Shown here piece by piece: positions 28,828 through 37,807 of a stretch of DNA of 64,000 bases. Location: the NCBI GenBank assembly GCA_035519135.1, contig DATIWX010000125.1:2576-66575 (forward strand). Direction: 5' to 3'. The notes beneath the pieces are model-generated. The model did not search any database. It was given only the letters and a program-made list of their open reading frames with translations, and had not been told where the DNA came from. Every line of letters begins with the position of its first letter. Position 1 is the stretch's first letter. The DNA comes from Burkholderiales bacterium. Lineage in GTDB: Bacteria; Pseudomonadota; Gammaproteobacteria; Burkholderiales; SG8-39. The translations under genes and the position numbers were made by a program.

Positions 28828-29646
28828 TCAGGTCTTCGTGTCGCCGTTTCCGGGACCAGGAAGCAGGCTGTCTTTGAGGTGATAGCGGAACATGGTCTTG
28901 CCGCGCAGCTTGTACAGGTAATCGATGATGTCCTCGTTCGACATGTACTTGGACATGTCGTAGGTCTCGCGATGAACGATCTCCTTCAGCTCGCGCCGCA
29001 CCCCGGGCTTGCGCTCGATGTCGGCGTAGCCGACCGAGATGATGAGATACACGTCGATCAGGTCGGGGACGCCGAGAACGCGCTTGAGGGGCTCCTGCAC
29101 GTGCACCGTACCCCAGTGCGAGCCCAGGCCGAGCGACGCGATCGCGAGCTGCATGTGGGTGCAGGTGTTCGCCAGGCCGTCGGTGAAGTGGCTGGCGTGG
29201 CGGCCGAAGGTGAACGCGGCGTTCACCGTCGCCCACTGCCTGCGCCCGTCGCCGAGTACCACGATCACCACCGGCGCCTCGTGCCAGGGGCGGCGCTGCT
29301 GGCCGCCGGTGGAGTTGCGGATCTTCTGCCACTCGTCCCTGAGATCGTCGCCCTTCACCTGGAAGGCCGGGTGGCGCAGCTCGAAGGGCCGCATCTGCTC
29401 CATCCAGAAGCAGAACTCCTGGTTGGTGTCCTGGAAAGCGTCGTAGAGCTCCTTCTTCTTGTTCGGGTCCTTGATCACGAGATATTCCCAGGGCTGTCCG
29501 TTCGCCCCCGACATCGCCCAGCGCCCGGCCTCGAGGATCTTCTCGACGTATTCTTCGGGAATGGGATCGGGCTTGATGCGGCGCACGCTCATGCGCGTGG
29601 TCATGATGCGATGGAGAACGTCGTAGTCGGATTCAGCGGCGGGCAT
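28828..29646 (-). CDS. Nitroreductase-family flavoprotein
   Basis: 272 aa from the ATG at 29646 (GGAG upstream). 'RMSVRRIKPDPIPEEYVEKILEAGRWAMSGANGQPW' is the classic nitroreductase N-terminus. Confidence 0.85.
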   Translation of the reverse strand: MPAAESDYDVLHRIMTTRMSVRRIKPDPIPEEYVEKILEAGRWAMSGANGQPWEYLVIKDPNKKKELYDAFQDTNQEFCFWMEQMRPFELRHPAFQVKGDDLRDEWQKIRNSTGGQQRRPWHEAPVVIVVLGDGRRQWATVNAAFTFGRHASHFTDGLANTCTHMQLAIASLGLGSHWGTVHVQEPLKRVLGVPDLIDVYLIISVGYADIERKPGVRRELKEIVHRETYDMSKYMSNEDIIDYLYKLRGKTMFRYHLKDSLLPGPGNGDTKT

Positions 29647-29685
29647 GGTGGATTCTCCGGCGGGGCCTGTGCGACTATAGCAAGG

Positions 29686-32337
29686 ATGCGAATCGTGCAG
29701 CGGCCCGCGGTCTTCCTTCTCTTCGCCGCGGCGGTCCTGTCCGCAGGGCACGCGGCAGGCGAACCCAGGTTCTCGTTCGCGACCACGCCGGGGAAGCTGC
29801 CCAAGGACGTGGTGCCGAGGCATTACGCGCTGCGCATCGCACCGGGGGCGGACCGCTTCGAAGCCGAAGCCGGCATCGATATCGACGTGAAGGCGCCGGT
29901 GCAGGCGATCGTTCTCAACGCTTCCGAATTGAGCTTCAAGTCGGTAAAGCTGCGCGCGGCCGGCGGAGACGAACTGGTCCTCGCGCCGAGCGTCGATCCC
30001 AAGCAGGAAACCGTCGCCCTTACGGCCCCGCGCGCGCCGATCGCGCCGGGAAGCTACCAGCTCAGGATCGAATATTCCGGGAAGATCGGCAGGCACCCCG
30101 AGGGCCTGTACCGCATCGACTACAAGCAGCGCGAGGCGGGAGGGCTCGTCGAGAAGACCATGCTCGCCACCCACATGGAGCCGGTGAGTGCGCGCAAGCT
30201 GTTTCCCGGGTGGGACGAGCCGGTGTTCCGCGCGAGCTTCGAGGTAACGGTGCTGGTGGACCGGTCGCTGACGGTGGTGTCCAACATGCCGCAGTCGCGG
30301 GCCGAGCCCCGCCCGGACGGCAAGAAGGAGGTGAGCTTCGCAAGGTCGGTGCCGATGTCCGCGTACCTCGTCGCGCTCTTCGTAGGCGAGATGGATGCGC
30401 TCGAAGAGGACGTCGACGGAATCCGGCTGCGGATCTATAGCGCCAAGGGCAAGCGCGAGAGCGCGCGCTACGCGATGGAATCGACCAGGCAGATCGTGCG
30501 CTACTACAACGAGTACTTCGGCGAGCGCTATCCCCTGGACAAGCTCGATCAGGTCGCGCTGCCGGGAGGAAGCGGCGGCGCCATGGAGAACTGGGGCGCG
30601 ATCGCCTACAACGAAGGCCGGCTCCTCTACAACCCGCGCGCCGATTCGCCGCGGCAGCGGCAGCAGGTCTACAACATCATCGCCCACGAAATCGCACACC
30701 AATGGTTCGGCAACCTGGTCACGCTGGCGTGGTGGGACAACCTGTGGCTGAACGAGGGCTTCGCCACGTGGATGGCGAGCAAGGCGACCGAGCGTCTGCG
30801 CCCGGAATGGAAGATGCGCTTGCGCGACTCGCTCGGCAAGGACTGGGCGCTCGGGGAGGACGCGCGCAGGACGACCCATCCGATCCAGACGCGCGTGGAC
30901 GACGACTTCCGCGCCATGGAGGTGTTCGACTCGATCAGCTATGCCAAGGGAGCGGCGGTGCTGCGCATGCTGGAAACCTACCTCGGCGAGGACGTGTTTC
31001 GCGCCGGCGTGCAAGGCTACCTGAAGGCGCACCGCTTCTCGAACACGACCACCGCCGACCTGTGGCATCACCTGTCCAGGGTCTCGGGGCGAGACATCCT
31101 CGAGCTCGTATCGGGGTGGACCGAGCAACCCGGGTATCCGGTGGTCCGCGTCTCGCAGCGGTGCGACAACGGCGAGGGCGTCGTGACGCTCAGCCAGGAG
31201 CGCTTCACGCTCAACCATCCCGGGGCTCAGATCTTGACCTGGAAGGTGCCGGTCGTGCTCGCCGACGCCGGCGGCTCACGGCGCACCGTGCTCCTCGAGG
31301 AGGGGTCGAAGACGACCCGCCTCCCGGGCTGCGGACCGATCGTCGCGAACGCCGGAGACGCCGGCTTCTACCGCGTCGAGTATGCCGACGCGGCTTTCCG
31401 GAACCTCAGCAGGGACCTGAAGAACCTCGCAGCCCTGGATCGCCTGCGCCTGCTCTCGGACACCTTCGCCCTGGTGCAGGCGGGCAGGAGCGAGGTGTCG
31501 CGCTACCTGGCGCTGGTCGAGAACCTGGGCGGCGAAGCCGAACGCACAATCTGGGACCAAGTCATCGGCTCCCTGCGTTTCTTCGGCGACCTCCTCGACA
31601 GGCCCGACGAGAGGGCTGCTTTCGACCGCTACGTCTCGCAGGTGCTTCGCCAGCCCCTGTCCTCGGTCGGATGGGATCGCAAGCCCGGCGAAGCAGCCGA
31701 TGCCGGGCTACTCCGCAGGTCCTTGATCGAGGCGCTCGGCAGGGCCGGTGACCCGGCCACCGTGCAGGAGGCGCAGGCGCGCTTCGCGGCGCGGATGGAG
31801 AAGCCGATCGACCCTTCCATCCGCAGCGCGGTGCTGAACGTGGCCGGCCGCTACGCCGACGAGGGTACCTACCGTGCGCTGCTCGGGCGGTTGCGCAATA
31901 CGACCGACGAGAACGCCAAGTGGGAGACCCTGTCCGCGCTCAGGCAGATGCGGGACCCGCGCCTGCTGCGGCAGGTGATGGAGCTGATGCTGACCGACGA
32001 GTTGCCGCCCGCCGAAGCCGTGTTCAACCTCACCCACCTCGGAGGGGACAGCGGCGAAGTCGAGCTCGTCTGGCGGTTCGTGACCACGCGGCTAAGCGAC
32101 GTGCTTGCCAAGGCATCCCCGCGCGGACGCATGTACGTCCTGCCCAACACTGCCTTTGGATTCAGCGACGCCGCTCGCGCGGACGAGCTTCTCGCGGCAA
32201 CGCGGGCGCATCTCGACGCGACCGCGCTGTATCAGGCGGAGAAGACCGCGGACTGGATCCGCATCAAGGCCGCGGTGAAGGAGCGCGAAGCGGCCCGCGC
32301 GGTGGCCTGGGCCCGGGCGCATTCGCGTCCGGGCTGA
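29686..32337 (+). CDS. Secreted M1-family zinc aminopeptidase (aminopeptidase N-like)
   Basis: 883 aa from the ATG at 29686. It has a signal peptide, the 'GAMENWG' exopeptidase motif and 'HEIAHQWFGNLV...WLNEGFATW' (HEXXH-18-E). Confidence 0.9.
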   Translation: MRIVQRPAVFLLFAAAVLSAGHAAGEPRFSFATTPGKLPKDVVPRHYALRIAPGADRFEAEAGIDIDVKAPVQAIVLNASELSFKSVKLRAAGGDELVLAPSVDPKQETVALTAPRAPIAPGSYQLRIEYSGKIGRHPEGLYRIDYKQREAGGLVEKTMLATHMEPVSARKLFPGWDEPVFRASFEVTVLVDRSLTVVSNMPQSRAEPRPDGKKEVSFARSVPMSAYLVALFVGEMDALEEDVDGIRLRIYSAKGKRESARYAMESTRQIVRYYNEYFGERYPLDKLDQVALPGGSGGAMENWGAIAYNEGRLLYNPRADSPRQRQQVYNIIAHEIAHQWFGNLVTLAWWDNLWLNEGFATWMASKATERLRPEWKMRLRDSLGKDWALGEDARRTTHPIQTRVDDDFRAMEVFDSISYAKGAAVLRMLETYLGEDVFRAGVQGYLKAHRFSNTTTADLWHHLSRVSGRDILELVSGWTEQPGYPVVRVSQRCDNGEGVVTLSQERFTLNHPGAQILTWKVPVVLADAGGSRRTVLLEEGSKTTRLPGCGPIVANAGDAGFYRVEYADAAFRNLSRDLKNLAALDRLRLLSDTFALVQAGRSEVSRYLALVENLGGEAERTIWDQVIGSLRFFGDLLDRPDERAAFDRYVSQVLRQPLSSVGWDRKPGEAADAGLLRRSLIEALGRAGDPATVQEAQARFAARMEKPIDPSIRSAVLNVAGRYADEGTYRALLGRLRNTTDENAKWETLSALRQMRDPRLLRQVMELMLTDELPPAEAVFNLTHLGGDSGEVELVWRFVTTRLSDVLAKASPRGRMYVLPNTAFGFSDAARADELLAATRAHLDATALYQAEKTADWIRIKAAVKEREAARAVAWARAHSRPG

Positions 32338-32349
32338 CGGCCTCTCCCT

Positions 32350-33009
32350 CTAGTTAACAGCGAAGCAGTAGAACAGGCCGTCGCCTCCGGTGCCTCGCAG
32401 GGCGACCTGACTGCAGCCGGGAGCGCCGTCCTTCGAGGGCCGGGAGAGGTGCGAGGAGTTCCACGACCTGGATTCGGCGTCGTCGCGCAATCCCTGGCGG
32501 TCGTGGTGGCCCAGCATCGCCGCGCCGGTGCCGCTGGTGGTCCAGTCGCTGCAGGTGGAATCGCCGCCTCCGCCGATCGCGCGGCCGTCGGGGGTCGAGC
32601 CGGTCAGCATGTCGTGCCTGTTGGGCGTGTCGCCGCGGCCGTTGACCACCTCGCCCTTTTCGTTCAGCGACGTCTGCTTGCCGAGGTTGTTCACGCCGTG
32701 GAGCTGATCGACGCTGGTCGCGACGACCACGCCTTTCGCGTTCTGCCACGGGCCGCTGCCGATGCGGTCGCGGGCATTCACCCCGGTGGCGCTGAGATAG
32801 GCGTGCCAGGTCCGTCCGCCGGCGCCCACCGACTCCGCGAGCGACTGGCAGTGCCTGTCGGCCCCGGCGATGCCGCCCAGGTCCGCGCCCTTGCCCGAGC
32901 CCGCGCTGGTGACGAAGAAGGTCATCTTGTTTTCCGGCTTGTACATCTCGCAGGCGCTCAGCGCCAGGACCACCGCGGCGGCCAGGGAAATACACACGAT
33001 CGGCTTCAT
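32350..33009 (-). CDS. Lipoprotein with an endostatin-like (collagen XV/XVIII C-terminal, C-type-lectin-fold; DUF1554-like) domain
   Basis: 219 aa with signal peptide and lipobox 'ALSAC'. The mature part aligns by eye to human endostatin: 'GIAGADRHCQSLAESVGAGGRTWHAYLS' against '[27 protein letters not shown]'. It has four ordered Cys residues and ends 'LFYCFA' against 'IVLCIE'. Confidence 0.7.
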   Translation of the reverse strand: MKPIVCISLAAAVVLALSACEMYKPENKMTFFVTSAGSGKGADLGGIAGADRHCQSLAESVGAGGRTWHAYLSATGVNARDRIGSGPWQNAKGVVVATSVDQLHGVNNLGKQTSLNEKGEVVNGRGDTPNRHDMLTGSTPDGRAIGGGGDSTCSDWTTSGTGAAMLGHHDRQGLRDDAESRSWNSSHLSRPSKDGAPGCSQVALRGTGGDGLFYCFAVN

Positions 33010-33089
33010 CTATCTCCTCCTTGTTGTAGGAAAATCCGGGAACAACGCCGGGCGAACACCGCCGGCGCGCCGGATATTCCCGCGGCAGC

Positions 33090-33296
33090 CTACTTCGCCG
33101 CGTCCTCGCGCGACTGCTGGGATTGCTGCAATTGCTCCATGGCCTGGCCGATCTTCTGCTGAGCCTGGTCCTGGGTCTTCTTGGCCTGCTCGAGCTCCTG
33201 CTTCTTGAGCGCGGCCGCGGTGGCGGCGCTGCTCGCGGTGTCCAGGCCGCAGGCGGAGAGCGCCGCGGCGGCGATCAGGGGGATGAGCCGTTTCAT
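33090..33296 (-). CDS. Small Gln/Lys/Glu-rich helical lipoprotein
   Basis: 68 aa with signal peptide and lipobox 'ALSAC' and an AAGGAG SD site. The remainder is a low-complexity helix ('KKQELEQAKKTQDQAQQKIGQAMEQLQQSQQ'). Confidence 0.6.
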   Translation of the reverse strand: MKRLIPLIAAAALSACGLDTASSAATAAALKKQELEQAKKTQDQAQQKIGQAMEQLQQSQQSREDAAK

Positions 33297-33327
33297 GATC
33301 TGCTCCTTCGAGGAAAAGGGACGTGGA

Positions 33328-34386
33328 CTACGATAGTCTCGCGACTACTGCCTCTGCAAATTCGCGCGTGCCGAGCTTTCCACCCAGGTCCGCGGTGCGG
33401 GTCGCCGGGTCTTTCAGGGCGGCATCCACCGCCGCCTCGATCTTCTTCGCCGCAGTACCGAGAGCGCCGTTGCGGTGCCGCACACCCAGCCATTCGAGCA
33501 GCATCGCCGCCGACAGGATCAGCGAAGTGGGGTTGGCGCGATCCTGGCCGGCGATATCGGGGGCGGAGCCGTGCTGGGCCTGGGCGAGGCACCAGGTGTC
33601 GCCGGCGTTGATCGAGCCGCCGAGGCCCAGGCCTCCCGAGAGCTCGGAGGCCTCGTCCGAAAGGATGTCCCCGTACATGTTCTCCGCGACGATGACGTCG
33701 AAGCGCATCGGATCGCGCAGGAGCAGGGCGGCCATGGCATCGACGATGATCTCCTCGAGCTGCACCCGGGGAAATTCCGCGGCGACCTTGCGCACCTCGC
33801 GCAGCCACAGGCCGTCGGAGACGCGGAAGACGTTCGCCTTGTGCACGGCGGTGACTTTCCCGCGCCGGGTGAGCGCCGCCTCGAAGGCGCGGCGGGCGAT
33901 GCGCTCGCTGCATTTCGCGGTGACGCGGCGGATCGAGATCGCCGTGTCCTCGGTGACCATGAGGTCCGCGACGCCCTGGTAGAGGTTGCGGTCGGCGTAG
34001 AAGCCCTCGGTATTCTCCCGGTAGATCACCAGATCGACGGGCTTGCCGGTGAGGCCGACGCCCAGGCGCGACGTGGCCGGGCGGATGTTGGCGTAGAGAT
34101 CGAGCCTGGTGCGGAATTCCGCGGAGGGATTGAGGCCGCCCTTGTCTCGCGCGGGATAGTCGTAGGTCGCGAGCGGCCCGAGAATCACGCCTGCCGCGGA
34201 GCGCGCCGCCTCGAGCACCCGCGGCGGCAGCGTCGTGCCTTCCCTCTTCAGCGAGGAAAGGCCGACCTCCTCGCGCTGCCATTCGAGGCCGAGCTTGGAC
34301 AGCGCGTCGGCGCGCTCGAGCACCGCGAGCGTCGCCGCGGTGATCTCGGGCCCTATGCCGTCGCCGGGCAGGACCAGGATCCTCAT
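33328..34386 (-). CDS. Isocitrate/isopropylmalate dehydrogenase-family oxidative decarboxylase (tartrate/D-malate/IPM dehydrogenase-like)
   Basis: 352 aa from the ATG at 34386, which overlaps the Bug stop (ATGA). Motifs include 'ILVLPGDGIGPE', 'YRENTEGFY', 'ENMYGDILSDE' and 'GSAPDIAG'. Confidence 0.9.
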   Translation of the reverse strand: MRILVLPGDGIGPEITAATLAVLERADALSKLGLEWQREEVGLSSLKREGTTLPPRVLEAARSAAGVILGPLATYDYPARDKGGLNPSAEFRTRLDLYANIRPATSRLGVGLTGKPVDLVIYRENTEGFYADRNLYQGVADLMVTEDTAISIRRVTAKCSERIARRAFEAALTRRGKVTAVHKANVFRVSDGLWLREVRKVAAEFPRVQLEEIIVDAMAALLLRDPMRFDVIVAENMYGDILSDEASELSGGLGLGGSINAGDTWCLAQAQHGSAPDIAGQDRANPTSLILSAAMLLEWLGVRHRNGALGTAAKKIEAAVDAALKDPATRTADLGGKLGTREFAEAVVARLS

Positions 34387-35345
34387 TGGGCGGGAATCCT
34401 CGCGTCCCTGATCAGCTTGGCGTAGGCCTGCAGGTCGCTCCGGATCAGCGCCGCGAACTCCTCGGGCGTGCCGGTGACGATGTCGTTGCCGCCCTGGACG
34501 GCGATGCGCTCGTGAACGTCGGCCGCGTGCATGGCCTTGACGGTCTCGGCGTTGAGACGGTCGACGATCGCCCTGGGTGTTCCGGCGGGCGCGAGCAGGC
34601 CTTGCCACTGCGAGATGTCGAAGGCCTGGATGCCCGCTTCCTGCAGGGTCGGCACTTCCGGAAGGCTGGACGCACGCTTGGCGCTCGAAACGGCGAAGGC
34701 GCGCAGCTTGCCCGCTCGGATCTGCGGCACCGAGGTGATCACGGTGTCGAACATGAAAGTGAGCTGGCCGCCGAGCAGGTCGGCGAGCGCCGGCGCGCTG
34801 CCCTTGTAGGGCACGTGCGTGAGCTGGGTTCCGGTCGCGAGCGCGAACAGCTCGCCGGCGAGGTGGTTGCCCCCGCCGACCCCGGTGGAGCCGTAGGAGA
34901 GCGCGCCGGGGCGCGCGCGCGCGGCGGCGGCGATGTCGGCGATGCTCTTGTAAGGCGAGCCGGCGAGGGTCACCAGCACGTACTGGTATACGGCGCACTG
35001 GGACACCGGCGCGAAATCCTTCAACGGATCGTAGGGGACCTTGGCGTAGAGGGTCGGGTTGACGACGATCGGGCCGCTTGCGGTCACCAGCAGCGTGTAG
35101 CCGTCGGGGGCGGCCTTGGCGACCAGGTCCGTGCCGATGCCGCCGTTCGCGCCGCCGCGGTTCTCCACGACGAAGGGCTGCCTGAGCGCGTCGCCCAGCT
35201 TCTGGGCCAGGGTACGGCCGAGAATGTCGGCGTTGCCCCCGGCCGCATAGGGAACGACGATGCGCACCGGCTTGGCCGGATAGTCCTGGCCCGATGCGGC
35301 GGAGGAAAACACGGCGGTTGCGACTGCGGCGAGGAGGATTTTCAT
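34383..35345 (-). CDS. Bug/TctC-family substrate-binding protein
   Basis: 320 aa with a signal peptide and 'YPAKPVRIVVPYAAGGNAD'. Confidence 0.9.
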   Translation of the reverse strand: MKILLAAVATAVFSSAASGQDYPAKPVRIVVPYAAGGNADILGRTLAQKLGDALRQPFVVENRGGANGGIGTDLVAKAAPDGYTLLVTASGPIVVNPTLYAKVPYDPLKDFAPVSQCAVYQYVLVTLAGSPYKSIADIAAAARARPGALSYGSTGVGGGNHLAGELFALATGTQLTHVPYKGSAPALADLLGGQLTFMFDTVITSVPQIRAGKLRAFAVSSAKRASSLPEVPTLQEAGIQAFDISQWQGLLAPAGTPRAIVDRLNAETVKAMHAADVHERIAVQGGNDIVTGTPEEFAALIRSDLQAYAKLIRDARIPAQ

Positions 35346-35417
35346 GAATCGGGCGTGCGATGTTCGCGGGCCTACAGGCTATCATATGCGGCGCGGGCCA
35401 ATCCTGGAGCCGGAGCG

Positions 35418-35831
35418 ATGAGCGCAGACATCAAGATGTTCAACCCCGACACGTTGGGCCAGCCGGCCGGGCAGTATTCGCACATCGCCCGCGTCAGGGG
35501 AGCAGGCGAGCTGGTATTCATCGCCGGGCAGATCGCCGTGGACAAGGCGGGGAATGCGGTCGGGGCGGACGATTTCGATGCGCAATGCCGCCAGGTGTAC
35601 GCCAATATCGAAGCCGCGCTCAAGTCGGCCGGAGCCGGCTGGAGGAACGTGGTGCAGTTCACGACCTACCTGGTGCATTCGCAGGACATCTCGAAATTGC
35701 GCGCCTTCCGCCAGCGCGAGTTCCCGCGGTACTTCCCGGACGGGGCCTATCCGCCGAACACGCTCCTCGTCGTGGACCGCCTCGCGAGCGAATCGTACCT
35801 GCTGGAAATCCAGGCGGTGGCAGCGCTGTGA
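35418..35831 (+). CDS. RidA/YjgF-family reactive-intermediate deaminase
   Basis: 137 aa from the ATG at 35418. The 'YSHIARVRGAGELVFIAGQIA...NIEAALKSAGAGWRNVV' pattern fits YjgF/UK114. Confidence 0.88.
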   Translation: MSADIKMFNPDTLGQPAGQYSHIARVRGAGELVFIAGQIAVDKAGNAVGADDFDAQCRQVYANIEAALKSAGAGWRNVVQFTTYLVHSQDISKLRAFRQREFPRYFPDGAYPPNTLLVVDRLASESYLLEIQAVAAL

Positions 35832-36790
35832 GACGCCCCCTGCATGCGGCGCTTGCCGCTCTCTGGCTGCTGGCTGCGCCCCAGGCCTTCGCCCAATCCT
35901 ATCCGCAGAAACCGGTACGCTTGATCGTTCCGGCGCCGGCCGGCGGTCCCACCGACGTTCCGGGGCGTCTCATCGCGGACGGCCTGTCGAATCTCACCGG
36001 CCAGCGCTTCGTGATCGAGAACCGGGTGGGCGCGGGCGGCCTGGTGGCCGGGGAGTTCGTGTCGCGCTCGGCGCCCGACGGCTATACGCTGCTCTACGCG
36101 AACACCAGCGTGCTCGCCGTCAATCCGGCGCTCCAGGGCGCCAATATGCCCTACGACCCGGCCAAGGCGTTCGCCCCGATCGGCTTCGTCTCCAATTCGC
36201 CGCAACTGCTGGTCGCCAATCCCAAGGTTCCGTATCGATCGGTGCAGGAGCTCGTCGCCTGGGCGAAGACTCACCCGGGCAAGCTCAACTTCGCCACCGC
36301 CGGTGTGGGGACGCTGCCGCATCTCACTTACGAGCTCTTCAGGATGGAGACGGGCATCGATGCGCTCAACGTGCCCTACTCGGGCGGCGCGCCCGCGCTC
36401 ACCGCGGTGATCGCGGGGCAGGCCGATGTGCTTTTCGACCTGGTGCGTACCCGCGTGAAAAGCGGCGAAGTCCGCGCCATCGCCATCACCGGCTCCGAGC
36501 GCGACCCCGACCTGCCCGACATCCCGACGCTCGCCGAGAGCGGCTATGCCGCCGTGACTTCGACCTCGGGTACGGGCATCGTCTCGCCGGCGGGAATCTC
36601 CGCGGAAATCGTCGCCCTGCTGAACGCCAGGCTGAACGAGCTGCTCAGGCAGCCCGAGACCCAGGCGAAGATGAAATCCTTCGGTCTCGTTCCGAAGTCC
36701 GGCACGCCCGAGGAATTCGGCTCCTGGGCGGCGCAGGAACGGCAGCGCTGGACCCGGGTGGTGAAGGAATCCGGCGCCAAGGCGCAGTAG
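35828..36790 (+). CDS. Bug/TctC-family substrate-binding protein
   Basis: The GTG at 35828 overlaps the RidA stop (GTGA). It has a signal peptide and 'YPQKPVRLIVPAPAGGPTD'. Confidence 0.85.
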   Translation: MRRPLHAALAALWLLAAPQAFAQSYPQKPVRLIVPAPAGGPTDVPGRLIADGLSNLTGQRFVIENRVGAGGLVAGEFVSRSAPDGYTLLYANTSVLAVNPALQGANMPYDPAKAFAPIGFVSNSPQLLVANPKVPYRSVQELVAWAKTHPGKLNFATAGVGTLPHLTYELFRMETGIDALNVPYSGGAPALTAVIAGQADVLFDLVRTRVKSGEVRAIAITGSERDPDLPDIPTLAESGYAAVTSTSGTGIVSPAGISAEIVALLNARLNELLRQPETQAKMKSFGLVPKSGTPEEFGSWAAQERQRWTRVVKESGAKAQ

Positions 36791-36797
36791 GGAAGGT

Positions 36798-37805
36798 ATG
36801 GCGAAACTCGCAGCGGCATTCGGTTCCTCCCACAGCGTGATGCTCGCCGCCGAGCTCCAGGACTGGCTGCGCGGGTTCCGGCAGAGCGACCTGCGCATGA
36901 AATTCTACGACCGCGAGGGCAGGCCGCGCTCGTACGCGGAGGTGCTCGCTCAGGCGCCCGCGAACATCGCCGAGCTGGTCGCGGACGACGCCGTCACCGC
37001 GCGCTACCGCCAGGTACAGGAAGCGATGAAGCGCATGCGCGCGGAGATTGCGCAGGCGAAGCTCGATGCGCTGGTGATCGTCGGGGACGACCAGCACGAG
37101 CTCTTCCAGGACCAGCACATGCCCTCGATCGGGATCTACTACGGCGAGAGCATCCGCAACGCGGCGCGCGCCAATGCGAAGCGCTTCACCTGGCCGGAGG
37201 AGTGGTACAACCGCGCGCAGATGCGCCGCTACGAGGACGAGGCCGACGCCGACTATCCCTGCCACAGGCCGCTTGCCCTGAGGCTCATCGAGGGCCTGAT
37301 CGAGCGCGAGTTCGACGTCGCCGCGGTCGCGGGCCTAGGCGAGGCGTCAAGCGAAGGCCACGCCTACTCCTTCGTGCACCGCTGGTACCTGAAAGGCGAC
37401 GGCGCGCGCATGCTGCCGGTCGTCCCGATCTTCCTCAATACCTACAATCCTCCCAACCCGCCGCTGCCCCGGCGCTGCGTGAAGTTCGGCAAGGCGCTGA
37501 AGGAGCTGATCGAGAGCTATCCGGAGGACCTGCGCATCGGCGTGCTCGCCTCCGGGGGCTTGAGCCACTTCGTCGTCGAGGAGGAGCTCGACCATGCGGT
37601 GATCGAGGCGCTCCGGAAGAAGGACCTCGATTTCCTCGGCAGCCTCGATCCGCGCCAGTTGAAGGCGGGCAGCTCCGAGATCCGCAACTGGATCGTGGTG
37701 GCGAGCGCTGCGACGCACCTGGATCTGAAGTGGATTTCCTATACGCCTTCGTACCGGACACCGGCGGGGACCGGCATCGGGCTGGGCTTCGCGAGCTGGA
37801 GCTGA
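36798..37805 (+). CDS. Class III (LigB-type) extradiol ring-cleavage dioxygenase, single-subunit form
   Basis: 335 aa. It has the N-terminus 'MAKLAAAFGSSHS', then 'LVIVGDDQHE' and 'VLASGGLSHFV', typical of LigB/MhpB-type enzymes. Confidence 0.85.
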   Translation: MAKLAAAFGSSHSVMLAAELQDWLRGFRQSDLRMKFYDREGRPRSYAEVLAQAPANIAELVADDAVTARYRQVQEAMKRMRAEIAQAKLDALVIVGDDQHELFQDQHMPSIGIYYGESIRNAARANAKRFTWPEEWYNRAQMRRYEDEADADYPCHRPLALRLIEGLIEREFDVAAVAGLGEASSEGHAYSFVHRWYLKGDGARMLPVVPIFLNTYNPPNPPLPRRCVKFGKALKELIESYPEDLRIGVLASGGLSHFVVEEELDHAVIEALRKKDLDFLGSLDPRQLKAGSSEIRNWIVVASAATHLDLKWISYTPSYRTPAGTGIGLGFASWS

Positions 37806-37807
37806 GC

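Noticed and set aside
29647-29685. A very short (39-bp) divergent intergenic region between the nitroreductase and M1 aminopeptidase genes, considered as a possible shared operator.
   Set aside because: I found no palindrome or repeat in the 39 bp. The promoters probably lie within the neighbouring coding sequence. There is too little sequence to support a claim.
33328-35385. Single 685-aa ORF apparently fusing a Bug-region frame to the IPM-dehydrogenase-like gene. Similar run-on ORFs occur at 28744-32337, 28828-31218, 5566-7962, 37202-38938, 34386-35831 and 35360-36790.
   Set aside because: The upstream portions are out-of-frame read-through of neighbouring genes. Internal ATG/GTG/TTG starts with SD sites or 4-nt stop/start overlaps give proteins of the normal family length, so the starts were trimmed.
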